This document shows, piece by piece, positions 9,941 through 18,965 of a stretch of DNA of 64,000 nt. The notes under the pieces are model-generated. The model did no database searches, was not told where the DNA came from, and saw nothing but the letters and a program-made list of their open reading frames with translations. The DNA is taken from NCBI GenBank assembly GCA_043825875.1, contig JBDRRF010000051.1, positions 64,001 to 128,000 on the forward strand, given 5' to 3'. How positions within the stretch are numbered: the stretch's first letter is position 1; each line of letters starts with the position of its first letter. Both the position numbers and the translations under genes were made by a program. The DNA is from Pseudomonadota bacterium (GTDB taxonomy: Bacteria > Desulfobacterota > Desulfobacteria > Desulfobacterales > RPRI01).

Positions 9941-10837
9941 TTACGTCGTACCAACCATGCGGACCACCTGCCACATGGCCGAGGGTTTCAGATCGAGGAT
10001 CTGAGAAACTTCAACGCAATTGGCGTAGCCACATTGCTCACAAACTGATGGGTTAACCACATCTCTACAGCATTGAAAGATTTTGTCTTTTGTGCCAAGT
10101 TCAATTTGAGGAATGGGCCGCTTCCAATCATTATTTCTCAAAGCTTTGTAGGCGGCTCGCGAAAGGACTATGGGATACCCCTCCTTCTTGAGTTGCCATA
10201 TGTTATCCAGGAGGTTTTTCCTTTCTTCTATCGAGATCCCGTGCATCTCCACAATTTCAGGCCAATGAGTCAAGAGATTGAATGAAATCCCTTTAAATAG
10301 TTTTGTATCAGTTACTTCTTTAATAAATCGTTGTAAGTGTTGAACATTGGCTTTGCTAAACGTAATTGATGCAAAAATATTCTTGGTTACAGCATTTCTG
10401 ACATTATTTAGCACAAGATCATATGAATCATTTCTAATCTGATCGTGTATATCTTTTGGGCCGTCAACAGTAACTATATAATTGCAGTTCTTGATTGATA
10501 ATGGTTTCGTTCCATTCGTGAAAATAAAAACTTCAAGAAATCCTGCGTCACGGGCAATACGAACAAGCTCCTCGAGATTATGGCCACCATCTTCCCAAAT
10601 CATAGGCTCTCCGCCCGTGAAATAGAGTGAGCGGTGACCACGGTGATAGGCATCAAGTATTGTTTTATTCGCCTGCTCAAAAGAAAAGTGATAACGGCCA
10701 GAGTTCTTGCTTTCACAATAGAAGCAGTTCAAATTACATTTATCCGTTATGACCATGCCAAAAAGATAAGGTAATTTTTGTCGGAGGATAAATGTTTTAA
10801 AGCCGTACCCTAACCAACTGGCAATTTTGCTGACCAT
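9941..10837 (-). CDS. Radical SAM protein
   Basis: CNLNCFYC, TGGEP, TNGT; C-terminal CC..CEQCGYANC; ATG overlaps the upstream stop (TAATG). Confidence 0.9.
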   Translation of the reverse strand: MVSKIASWLGYGFKTFILRQKLPYLFGMVITDKCNLNCFYCESKNSGRYHFSFEQANKTILDAYHRGHRSLYFTGGEPMIWEDGGHNLEELVRIARDAGFLEVFIFTNGTKPLSIKNCNYIVTVDGPKDIHDQIRNDSYDLVLNNVRNAVTKNIFASITFSKANVQHLQRFIKEVTDTKLFKGISFNLLTHWPEIVEMHGISIEERKNLLDNIWQLKKEGYPIVLSRAAYKALRNNDWKRPIPQIELGTKDKIFQCCRDVVNPSVCEQCGYANCVEVSQILDLKPSAMWQVVRMVGTT

Positions 10838-12123
10838 TAAAGAAACACCTCCAAAGGCCAAGGTTCACGTCGGCAAGAACCCCAAAGCTTATTAATGTAA
10901 TTGAGGCTGTATTCATTCTGAAGGCGATGAATCCAATATGCACCTGATTCTGTGACGTAATAACCGCCATTCTTTTTTCCTATCATGCCCGCCAGTTCAA
11001 GAGGTCTTAATACATTTAAAAAAACCGAATCAAGCGTGAAAGCATTTCCAAAGTGCTCCTGGAAATCGTCATATAGTATCTTCAATTCATAAACCCTCCA
11101 GTATAACCAATATGCCATTTCGACGCGCCTTTCAACCGGCATGGAAAGTACTATTGGTCTTTTATCTGGCAACGATAGCGCATATGCTCGAACATCGAAT
11201 GTATTCACGTAAAAATCAGTTCCAGTCATGGATGCGGCACTTGCTCCAAAGCCGACATAATGGTGCCGGGTTATTGAGCTGAATTTCTTTTTTGCCGGTT
11301 TCAGCCAACTCCATACAGCACATCGGTCATAACCTGACTGATAAGCATGGGACTGTGTAAGATCGAGCATAGATCGAATTGCATGGCTATCGGGCCGCTT
11401 GACTTGTCGTATCCGTAGCGATTGCCCCAGGTCTGAATAGGGGAAAGAGAAAAGTGGATAAGTACTGATCTGATCAACACCTTCTGCGATAACCGCCCTA
11501 AGATCTTTTTCCCAATCTTTGAGTGTTTGCCCAGGCAGGGCAAACATTAAGTCTGCATTGACCGAATCAAAGCCGATTTCTACTGCTCTTTTAAGTGAGT
11601 CGAGTGCTGTTTTACCATCGTGATTTCTGCCTATATTTTTCAAGATATGATCAGAGGTCGATTCAACGCCTACCGACAACATAGTAATGCCGATATCTTT
11701 CAGAGATTTAAGACACTCTGTTTCCATATTGCCGGGGTGCAGTTCAATGCAGATATCACACGATAAAGAAAAAGCGTTTTTAAGATGGTCCAAAATTCGG
11801 AGCAGCCCGTCAAGATTGACTGTTGGCGTACCTCCACCGATATATAAAGAAACAAATTCACAATTGTTCAAAGACTGTCTGTATATTTCAATTTCAGCAT
11901 GTACCGCCTGTTCATACTGTTCAAACAATGACTCATCGTATTCAACCCGGTTGTAAGGACAAAAAGAGCAGAGGTTCTTGCAAAATGGTACGTGCAGATA
12001 AAGTCCTGCTCGTTTGAGATTATCAGGCATTGCCGGCATAATAGAGCGCATGTGGAAACGATTCCATTGTCCGGTCACGATTTTTTGAAGTAGAGGTTTC
12101 CAGATGAACTTAGCAGGTAGCAT
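10837..12123 (-). CDS. HemN-like (coproporphyrinogen III oxidase family) radical SAM protein
   Basis: YLHVPFCKNLCSFCPY, YIGGGTPT, DLMFALPGQT. Confidence 0.9.
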   Translation of the reverse strand: MLPAKFIWKPLLQKIVTGQWNRFHMRSIMPAMPDNLKRAGLYLHVPFCKNLCSFCPYNRVEYDESLFEQYEQAVHAEIEIYRQSLNNCEFVSLYIGGGTPTVNLDGLLRILDHLKNAFSLSCDICIELHPGNMETECLKSLKDIGITMLSVGVESTSDHILKNIGRNHDGKTALDSLKRAVEIGFDSVNADLMFALPGQTLKDWEKDLRAVIAEGVDQISTYPLFSFPYSDLGQSLRIRQVKRPDSHAIRSMLDLTQSHAYQSGYDRCAVWSWLKPAKKKFSSITRHHYVGFGASAASMTGTDFYVNTFDVRAYALSLPDKRPIVLSMPVERRVEMAYWLYWRVYELKILYDDFQEHFGNAFTLDSVFLNVLRPLELAGMIGKKNGGYYVTESGAYWIHRLQNEYSLNYINKLWGSCRREPWPLEVFL

Positions 12124-12136
12124 ATTAACTTTCTAT

Positions 12137-12230
12137 TCTCAACAAGGTTAAATTCAAGCGGGAAAGCAACAAAATGTTGCGAACTTAAAACCGCAATTTC
12201 CCAACTTTCAAGTACAGCTGTTGGTTAAGC
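12137..12230 (-). other. attC-like recombination site
   Basis: Minus strand: R'' GCTTAAC ... R' GTTGAGA, with imperfect internal inverted repeats; lies between a stop codon and the next start. Confidence 0.7.
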
Positions 12231-12245
12231 GAAGATACATAGAGG

Positions 12246-12569
12246 TTACTCAAAAATCATTTCCTTTTCGCCGTTTAATTTCCGGAAAAATGCCCACGTT
12301 GTTTTACCTTTAAGCCATGCTATCCATACCGATGTTTCATTATTTAGCTGATAAACGTCGTAAGCAATACCCGACCCTGCGTGACGAGTTGGCTTTCCAA
12401 CAAGCAAAAAGACTTCTTGCGTGGACATTCCTTTTTTCAATTTCTTAAATACTGATGCATCAATAGAGCATGGCTTGCCTGAAACGAGCTCAGAACTATT
12501 TTCGTCATAAGGTTGAGAATGCCAACAAAGAACAAAGATGCAGATTGCAAAAATTATTACTAATTTCAT
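12246..12569 (-). CDS. Hypothetical exported protein (SmpA/BamE-like KGMSTQEV..GKP motif)
   Basis: Signal-like N-terminus; bounded by attC-like sites. Confidence 0.65.
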   Translation of the reverse strand: MKLVIIFAICIFVLCWHSQPYDENSSELVSGKPCSIDASVFKKLKKGMSTQEVFLLVGKPTRHAGSGIAYDVYQLNNETSVWIAWLKGKTTWAFFRKLNGEKEMIFE

Positions 12570-12578
12570 TTTGAGGTC

Positions 12579-12652
12579 ACTTAAAGCTGGAGCTAAGACG
12601 CGGAAAATATGTCAGCATTTTTCTTGTCGCTTCTCCAGCAACTTTGATTAGT
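12579..12652 (-). other. attC-like hairpin with altered core triplets
   Basis: GCTGGAG/CTCCAGC stem; minus-strand ends read ACTAAT and TTTAAG instead of AAC and GTT. Confidence 0.55.
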
Positions 12653-12672
12653 ATGATTACCATACTTAGTGT

Positions 12673-12909
12673 TTATGCATCTTTTAAGAAATTTTTTATT
12701 GATAGATACAAATATATAATCCCAAAAGATATTGACCCTAACCCGATTAAAACGTGGTATTTGCCAAGATCAACAACATCACGCATAAAGCTATAATATA
12801 ACCTGTCTGTATAAGTAGAAAGTCCAAAAACTATTAATGCTAAACCAATGCATATAGTGATAATGAGATCGTACCAATTATTAGAATATTTATTTCGGCT
12901 AAGTGACAT
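12673..12909 (-). CDS. Small hypothetical membrane protein (2 TM)
   Basis: 78-aa ORF between two attC-like hairpins. Confidence 0.6.
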   Translation of the reverse strand: MSLSRNKYSNNWYDLIITICIGLALIVFGLSTYTDRLYYSFMRDVVDLGKYHVLIGLGSISFGIIYLYLSIKNFLKDA

Positions 12910-12913
12910 ATGG

Positions 12914-12985
12914 AATCAATATATTATTTTGCGGGGTTCGATGAATTCAGCAGATCGAACCCTGAGTGAAAATAACATGATTATT
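12914..12985 (-). other. attC-like hairpin with altered core triplets
   Basis: TTATTTT..GGGTTCGAT / ATCGAACCC..AAAATAA stem; overlaps the GNAT stop codon; ends AAT and ATT. Confidence 0.6.
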
Positions 12986-13250
12986 TAATATTTGGTTTGT
13001 AATGCATTTGAACATGAGGCACCCCGGTACTCTTTGATAGAAATTCACCGCCACTACTTGTGAAGCCTTGTTTCTCGTAAAACTTTGTTGCCGTTGTGCG
13101 AGCATTAAGAATAATCTTTTTGCATCCAAGTTTTTCAGATAGTGCTACTAACTGTTTTAGTATCACTGTTCCGTAGCCTTTTCTTTGTTCTACATATAAT
13201 AATATAGTGAATAGTACTTTTTCAATACCGCAAAAGTCTATGATTATCAA
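12981..13250 (-). pseudogene. 5'-truncated GNAT acetyltransferase
   Basis: QRKGYG, LNART.A..FYEKQGF, VPHVQM C-terminal half only; no convincing N-terminus. Confidence 0.7.
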
Positions 13251-13277
13251 TATATATTCTTAGAAGGTTATGGCAAT

Positions 13278-13311
13278 TGTCATAAATCTATTCCGTTTGT
13301 TCGAAATGACA
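13278..13311. repeat. Internally deleted copy of the TGTCAT...GAAATGACA palindromic repeat
   Basis: Shares termini with 26111-26191 and 61376-61453. Confidence 0.55.
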
Positions 13312-13352
13312 AATACGTAACCAAATTTATGAAGCTATGTACTAAGGTGGTG

Positions 13353-14186
13353 CTAAAAATTAGCAGTAAAAAAGGGGTCTACTGTGGTTGGGTTTTTAAA
13401 ATAGGCTGATGGGCTCAATCCAGTGAAATGTTTAAAATCCATAATCATATGCGCCTGATCATAATAACCGGAGTCCAGTGCTGTTTCCAGCCAGGAACCT
13501 TCAGGGTTTTGAATTTTTCTTGAAAGGGCATTTTTAAATCTAAGATTCCGGCACAGCTGCTTTGGAGACAGACCAACTCTTTCTTTAAACTTTCGCTCCA
13601 GGTGGCGGCAGCTGACACCGACTGTTTTTGCAAGGTAATCTATAGTTATAAATCCTTTGTACAATTCAATAGCCTGAATAGCCGCAGAAACACTATCATC
13701 TTTCCGGTTGTTTTTCTTTAGTTGATGCAAAAAAAAGCGATCAAGATATTCAACCCGATCTTTCGATGTCAGACATGTATTGAAAAAACATTCCACCATA
13801 CTTGCGCCTTTTGCGTCCCACAATTCTTGTGTATCTGCAAGGCAATTGGTCAGTTCATGGGCGGGATAAGGGAAAAATGGGTATGCGCCACCGGGACGAA
13901 AGCACACTCCGAAGAATTCAATCCGGCCTTTTGCCCGCATCTTCATAGGCTTTGTCAACGGCCCGGAAATCGAAACGCTTTCAACTGTTTTCCCTGTTGA
14001 ATCTCCCATAGCGATCTCGATCGGATCTCCCAGATTGAAAGAAAGTTCTATTCCTTCAGTCAAAAATTGTTGGGAAGCATCCGATTGGGAAACATCCTGG
14101 GATGAACCACATGGAACCCTTAGCAACCAATAATAGCGGATGAATGTATCAAGGGCTTTATGAGGTTTGAAAATATCAAAATGCAT
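13353..14186 (-). CDS. AraC family transcriptional regulator (DUF6597-type)
   Basis: RHLERKFKERVGLSPK and GYYDQAHMIMDFKHFTGLSP HTH motifs. Confidence 0.92.
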   Translation of the reverse strand: MHFDIFKPHKALDTFIRYYWLLRVPCGSSQDVSQSDASQQFLTEGIELSFNLGDPIEIAMGDSTGKTVESVSISGPLTKPMKMRAKGRIEFFGVCFRPGGAYPFFPYPAHELTNCLADTQELWDAKGASMVECFFNTCLTSKDRVEYLDRFFLHQLKKNNRKDDSVSAAIQAIELYKGFITIDYLAKTVGVSCRHLERKFKERVGLSPKQLCRNLRFKNALSRKIQNPEGSWLETALDSGYYDQAHMIMDFKHFTGLSPSAYFKNPTTVDPFFTANF

Positions 14187-14228
14187 ACTGCTGTTCTTTT
14201 CCCTTTTTTTAAAAATATTTGGCTGCGA

Positions 14229-14945
14229 TCATGAAGATTTTTGGGTATTTTTCCACATAGTCTTATTTCCCATATTTAACCAGATTGAGCAAATGAATTT
14301 GGGCTCGTGTTTGAATAAGAAATATGAATCAAGATTTTTGTTTAATGCTTCATCAATATTATTGTATTCCCGGGGCTTTCCGGCAACCGATTCCGAATAC
14401 AAAAGCATATCATTTGTTCTATCCCAATCGATTTGCCACGTTACTCCTGCCGGTTTAAAAAATGTCTCATAAGTCCTACGATCCAGTGTCGGATCTATGG
14501 ATACCCAGTGACCGTCTATCAGTACATTAGAAAAGCAATGGTAAAACGGATCTGAAAAGAAAACATATAACGGCCCCACGGATGGCTTTGTAAAAGAATT
14601 CCGAAGCGGATTTCCCATAAACTTTGATCGAACTTTTGCAGCCCTTAACAGGGATATCATCAAAAGATTTTTATTATAGCAAGCACCGTATCCTTTTAAA
14701 AGAGTTTCAGATGCCTTAACCTGCCAGTGGTCTCCTCCAAAAATAATTGTGTCTCTGACAAAAAGAAAAACTTTTTCGATTAGATCGTGTATATCGGTTG
14801 AATCACGAAGGAATTTATTTGAAAGCTCTGCAATGGCCGGGTGCGAATAATCACAATATGTCGTTTCGGCAAGATTATCATTTAGGATTTCATTTCTTTG
14901 CAAAATTTCAGTTTTGTTGATATTTTCAGTATTTTCCAACAACAT
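14229..14945 (-). CDS. Transglutaminase-like domain protein
   Basis: ASETLLKGYGAC, YHCF, WVSIDPT catalytic triad; GGAGGTG RBS before MLLEN. Confidence 0.85.
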   Translation of the reverse strand: MLLENTENINKTEILQRNEILNDNLAETTYCDYSHPAIAELSNKFLRDSTDIHDLIEKVFLFVRDTIIFGGDHWQVKASETLLKGYGACYNKNLLMISLLRAAKVRSKFMGNPLRNSFTKPSVGPLYVFFSDPFYHCFSNVLIDGHWVSIDPTLDRRTYETFFKPAGVTWQIDWDRTNDMLLYSESVAGKPREYNNIDEALNKNLDSYFLFKHEPKFICSIWLNMGNKTMWKNTQKSS

Positions 14946-15175
14946 GACTTCACCTCCTTGTTCAATTGCATAGGCGGGTTTATGAAAAACTATCTTATGT
15001 GATAATTTAGCATACAACACCGGCAATATAGAGGAATGTATAACGGTTGTATTGGAAAAATGCGACAAATACGTATTTCAAGTATTTCTTATAGAAACTT
15101 TACTATATTTATCTATAACTCTACCCGTTAAATCTGAGGTATCAGCAACACGTATTGGATAAATACACTTCAATC

Positions 15176-15424
15176 TTAAGGAAGCTTTGGGAGCTTATTC
15201 AGAGCCTTCACAAATCTTTCCCGGTTAAACGGTTTTTGCTTTTTGAGGACATCAAAAATCTCTGAAGCAACAACACTTCCAATAAGTTTCTTTGCATCTT
15301 CTTCAGAATACCCTTCGGATACCAAACGATCAAAAGTTTGCCGTGTCTCAGGCGGTTCATTAGCTTTAAGCTGATTATCCACAACCTCTAAAATTACTGA
15401 TTGCAAATGAGGATTTTTTTTCAT
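15176..15424 (-). CDS. Small conserved hypothetical protein
   Basis: 82 aa; AAAGGAG RBS. Confidence 0.75.
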   Translation of the reverse strand: MKKNPHLQSVILEVVDNQLKANEPPETRQTFDRLVSEGYSEEDAKKLIGSVVASEIFDVLKKQKPFNRERFVKALNKLPKLP

Positions 15425-15491
15425 ATTTTCTCCTTTCGTCCAATTCCAGGTTAATCGCGCTCTTCAGCCACAACATCCGATGTATTTGGGG

Positions 15492-15986
15492 TTAGTACCC
15501 CTTTTGTTTCTGGCGTAATATCATCCAGAAAAAAATGAGACCACCAACCGTAATAGCAATATCGGCAATGTTGAATATGCCTGTGCGAACAGGACCTATG
15601 CCAACATTTAAGAAATCTACTACCAAACCGCCACGAGTCACACGGTCAAATAGGTTGCCAACTCCACCTGCTAAAAGAAGTGTAACACCCAACAACAAGG
15701 ATGAATGCTGCTGTTTAGATAAAAAAACATAAATCAACACAATGAGCAATAAACAACTAACACCAATTGTGAAAACACCCACCCGCCAAGCCTCCGGCAA
15801 GGAAGATCCCATGCTCAGGAATACACCACGATTATAAACGAGTTGCAACCTTACTGTGTCACATAGATATGACAATGGTTTATCTACTGGCAGATCTGAC
15901 ACGGCTATTGATTTTGTAACTTGATCACAGCCGACACAGGAAACTAATACTACAATAATCAAAATGGCTCGTTTTACTATGCTCAT
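15492..15986 (-). CDS. lspA: Lipoprotein signal peptidase II (accessory copy)
   Basis: DQVTK, NRGVFLS, GGVGNLFDR, VVDFL, FNIAD; the stop lies within TACTAAC. Confidence 0.88.
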   Translation of the reverse strand: MSIVKRAILIIVVLVSCVGCDQVTKSIAVSDLPVDKPLSYLCDTVRLQLVYNRGVFLSMGSSLPEAWRVGVFTIGVSCLLLIVLIYVFLSKQQHSSLLLGVTLLLAGGVGNLFDRVTRGGLVVDFLNVGIGPVRTGIFNIADIAITVGGLIFFWMILRQKQKGY

Positions 15987-16020
15987 AAAATGTATCTTGC
16001 TCCGAAGCACTAATGTCTTT

Positions 16021-17184
16021 TCATTCAGGCAAATGCCCGCAATCCCTCCACCCCAGTACTTGTATTCCTTTGTGCTGATAGGATTCATCTCCAGCGAAAA
16101 TCAACGCGGGTGCGCCGGCTTTGTCTCCGGCCAGGGCGCACCATTTATGAAGTCCGGCAAAGGCTTCATTTGTCAGGGTGCGGCCCGACTTGATCTCAAC
16201 CGGGATCAGCCGGGTTCCCTGCTCAACAAGGAGATCAACCTCGTTGCCGTTGCTGTCCCGCCAGAATGAAAAAACCGGCTTTTCACCTTGGTTCAATTTT
16301 GATTTGATCAGCTCCGATATGATAAATGTCTCAAAAATACTGCCCCGCAAAGGATGGGTTATCATTTGCTCGGTTGTCCGGATTCCCAGAAGCCAGGATA
16401 CCAGGCCCACATCATAGAAATACAGTTTGGGCATCTTTACCATTCGCTTGTTAAAACTGACATGATGGGGGCGTAGAAGAAAGACTAAATAACTGGCTTC
16501 CAGAACAGATATCCATGATTTTGCAGTATTGTGTGTGATACCGCATTCAGTTGCCAGGGAAGACAGATTCAGCAACTGTCCCGTCCTGCCCGCACATAGC
16601 CTGACAAAACGCTGGAACGTTTCCAGATCCTGAATTTTGAGCATTTGCCTGACATCCCGTTCCACATAGGCCGTTACATAAGCGCTGTACCAGGCCGCGG
16701 GCGCCAATCCGCGATCATAGATCGGTGGATAGCAGCCGGTTAGCATCATGGCATCTATGTCATTTGGTAACTTTTTCGCAAGGGCCAGTTCCGGCACGGA
16801 AAAGGGAAGTAATTCCACAAAAGCGGTTCGTCCTGCAAGAGATTGCGTAATACCGGACATCAAACCGAACTGCTGTGACCCTGTCAATATAAACAGACCC
16901 ATTCGGCGATCCTTATCCACCAGGGTTTGAAGATAAGACAAAATTTCCGGACACCGCTGCACTTCATCCAGAACTGCGCCGTCAGGAAACCGTGCGAGAA
17001 AAGAACGGGGGTCTTCATTAGCGGCCTGCCGCAGATCCGGCTCTTCCAGGGACGCATATGGATGATTTCCAAAAACCGCCCTGGCAAGGGTTGTCTTGCC
17101 CGACTGACGTGGTCCTGTCAGGGTAACAATGGGAAATCCACCCAGCAGGTTTTCAATTGTTTCTTTTACATTTCGATGGATCAT
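16021..17184 (-). CDS. AAA_14/DUF4143 ATP-binding protein
   Basis: GPRQSGKTT, LDEVQ, LTGSQ, PKLYFYDVGL, EVDL..PVEIKS. Confidence 0.92.
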   Translation of the reverse strand: MIHRNVKETIENLLGGFPIVTLTGPRQSGKTTLARAVFGNHPYASLEEPDLRQAANEDPRSFLARFPDGAVLDEVQRCPEILSYLQTLVDKDRRMGLFILTGSQQFGLMSGITQSLAGRTAFVELLPFSVPELALAKKLPNDIDAMMLTGCYPPIYDRGLAPAAWYSAYVTAYVERDVRQMLKIQDLETFQRFVRLCAGRTGQLLNLSSLATECGITHNTAKSWISVLEASYLVFLLRPHHVSFNKRMVKMPKLYFYDVGLVSWLLGIRTTEQMITHPLRGSIFETFIISELIKSKLNQGEKPVFSFWRDSNGNEVDLLVEQGTRLIPVEIKSGRTLTNEAFAGLHKWCALAGDKAGAPALIFAGDESYQHKGIQVLGWRDCGHLPE

Positions 17185-17386
17185 GGCAATAGGGTAACAG
17201 AATTTTATGTAAATTGTCAATTACTTTTACAGATTGCATGGAAAATACGTTTAGGTTAAGGTTCACGATTAAATCACCCGGAGCGGTGTATTGATTTTGT
17301 TATGTGATTTATTCATGTCAGAAAAGTTGAGCATGCCAGGCTTCGCGAGGTTATGGGTAGTGTTCTTCGCATTATATCTTTAATAC

Positions 17387-18370
17387 TCATAATATCCTCC
17401 TCGTCTTGACTACTTTGATTATCATCCAATTTCCATCAGGTTTCTGTTTATGTATCTCCAACCATATTGTGGTTTCATCCTCTCTGGGAGCTTCTTTTTC
17501 TATTACCAATTCATCGTTGCCACAGCCGTCAAAATCTAACATACCGTATGTTTCCATATACCCCGCCACTAAATCCCCTTCTTCATAATTTGTTGTCACG
17601 ATATGCATGTTATCTTTTGTTGCACTAAATATTATATGAAAATGATAAGAAGTTTCGGCGCCTTTAAACCCATACTGATATTCACCTATGTACAACTCAT
17701 GGTTTTGATAAGATATTTTATCGAGAATCCATAAATTTTCTTTGAATAATTCCATTTCTCGAATTTTATATTTTGCAAATCCTTTTCTATTTATAAGCAA
17801 CGGTAATAGTTTTTCTTTGGCCAGCTTTGCTATTTTATCTACTTCTTCCTGCGGTATTGCAGTGTAAACGTTTTTCTTTACTTCTTTATATTCTTCCGGT
17901 ACAGCCAGACACTTTGTTGCGCTTGCCAATAGGCGGGGGTACATAATTTCTGGCCAATAATATGCCGGGCCTTCTTTGATGTTCTTTGTGAAATATGCTT
18001 CATCGCAAACAAATGTAGCGTTTTCTTTGTCAAAAGTTATAGCTTTTTTAAATCTTAAATTATATTTTATCCCTATAACTTCCCCACCTAAAATTATTAT
18101 ATTTTTTTTATTACCTCCGGATAACGTGTTTAATTTTGATATCCCAAATTTTTTTACGAAATCTTTAGAACTGTAAATATTTTTATTGTACACGACAAAA
18201 TATTTCATAAATCCAACTCTATCACTTCCATCTTTTAGCCGCCCTATTAACGAAGCATACATATATATCCCGTCAGGAAGTTTTATTTTTACATTTTCAG
18301 CTGCTGATAATGGTATTGTAAATAATACAGACACGGCAAACAGGCCAATTACCAAATATTTTTTTATCAT
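17387..18370 (-). CDS. Hypothetical exported protein
   Basis: Signal peptide; DFDGCGNDE-type motif near the C-terminus; GAGG RBS. Confidence 0.75.
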   Translation of the reverse strand: MIKKYLVIGLFAVSVLFTIPLSAAENVKIKLPDGIYMYASLIGRLKDGSDRVGFMKYFVVYNKNIYSSKDFVKKFGISKLNTLSGGNKKNIIILGGEVIGIKYNLRFKKAITFDKENATFVCDEAYFTKNIKEGPAYYWPEIMYPRLLASATKCLAVPEEYKEVKKNVYTAIPQEEVDKIAKLAKEKLLPLLINRKGFAKYKIREMELFKENLWILDKISYQNHELYIGEYQYGFKGAETSYHFHIIFSATKDNMHIVTTNYEEGDLVAGYMETYGMLDFDGCGNDELVIEKEAPREDETTIWLEIHKQKPDGNWMIIKVVKTRRIL

Positions 18371-18389
18371 ATCAATACCCTCTGGAAAT

Positions 18390-18424
18390 ATAACAAGTTA
18401 TTGAACAGTTTCTGTTCAATTCCG
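18390..18424 (-). other. attI-like cassette-head motif, copy A
   Basis: 30/35 identical to 56608-56642; ends in minus-strand GTTAT 24 nt before a start codon. Confidence 0.55.
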
Positions 18425-18562
18425 ATGATGCCTGTTCCGGTTCCCCTTCTGACGAGGTTTGATACAATTATCAGAAAAAATACCGGAACGATTTACGCTA
18501 TCGTATATAAATAAAAAGAGTAGAAACGGAGAAGATTTATAGCTTCGTTGGAATAACACTTT

Positions 18563-18964
18563 TTATCTATCGCATTCGACATTTACTGTTTCAGGATTAC
18601 ATTCACCATTATAACTCCAGCAATCTATACGCCCTTCCGTACACAACCAATCGGTTAAGATTAATTTCTTACCATCAGATACACTGACTATAAAACCATC
18701 AGCAGTATTTTTAATTATAACCGGATAAGGAAGCAGTCTATCGTACATCGGTTTATAGTTTTCTTTTAATAGGTCTTTATACTCCTTTTCCTGTATGAAT
18801 TCAGGCCGATCTTTGTAGTACTTAACCATAAGATAATCATTGGCTGTCAGAACAGCAGTGCCTACGGGCTGATACTTTTCGTCATAATTTAATTGCATAC
18901 TGCTGCATGAACATATGAAGAGACTCAATAAAATAAATATTATGATTTTTGGATATCTTTTCAT
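18563..18964 (-). CDS. Hypothetical lipoprotein
   Basis: Lipobox-like ICSC after a hydrophobic stretch; starts 1 nt after the upstream stop. Confidence 0.75.
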   Translation of the reverse strand: MKRYPKIIIFILLSLFICSCSSMQLNYDEKYQPVGTAVLTANDYLMVKYYKDRPEFIQEKEYKDLLKENYKPMYDRLLPYPVIIKNTADGFIVSVSDGKKLILTDWLCTEGRIDCWSYNGECNPETVNVECDR

Positions 18965-18965
18965 T

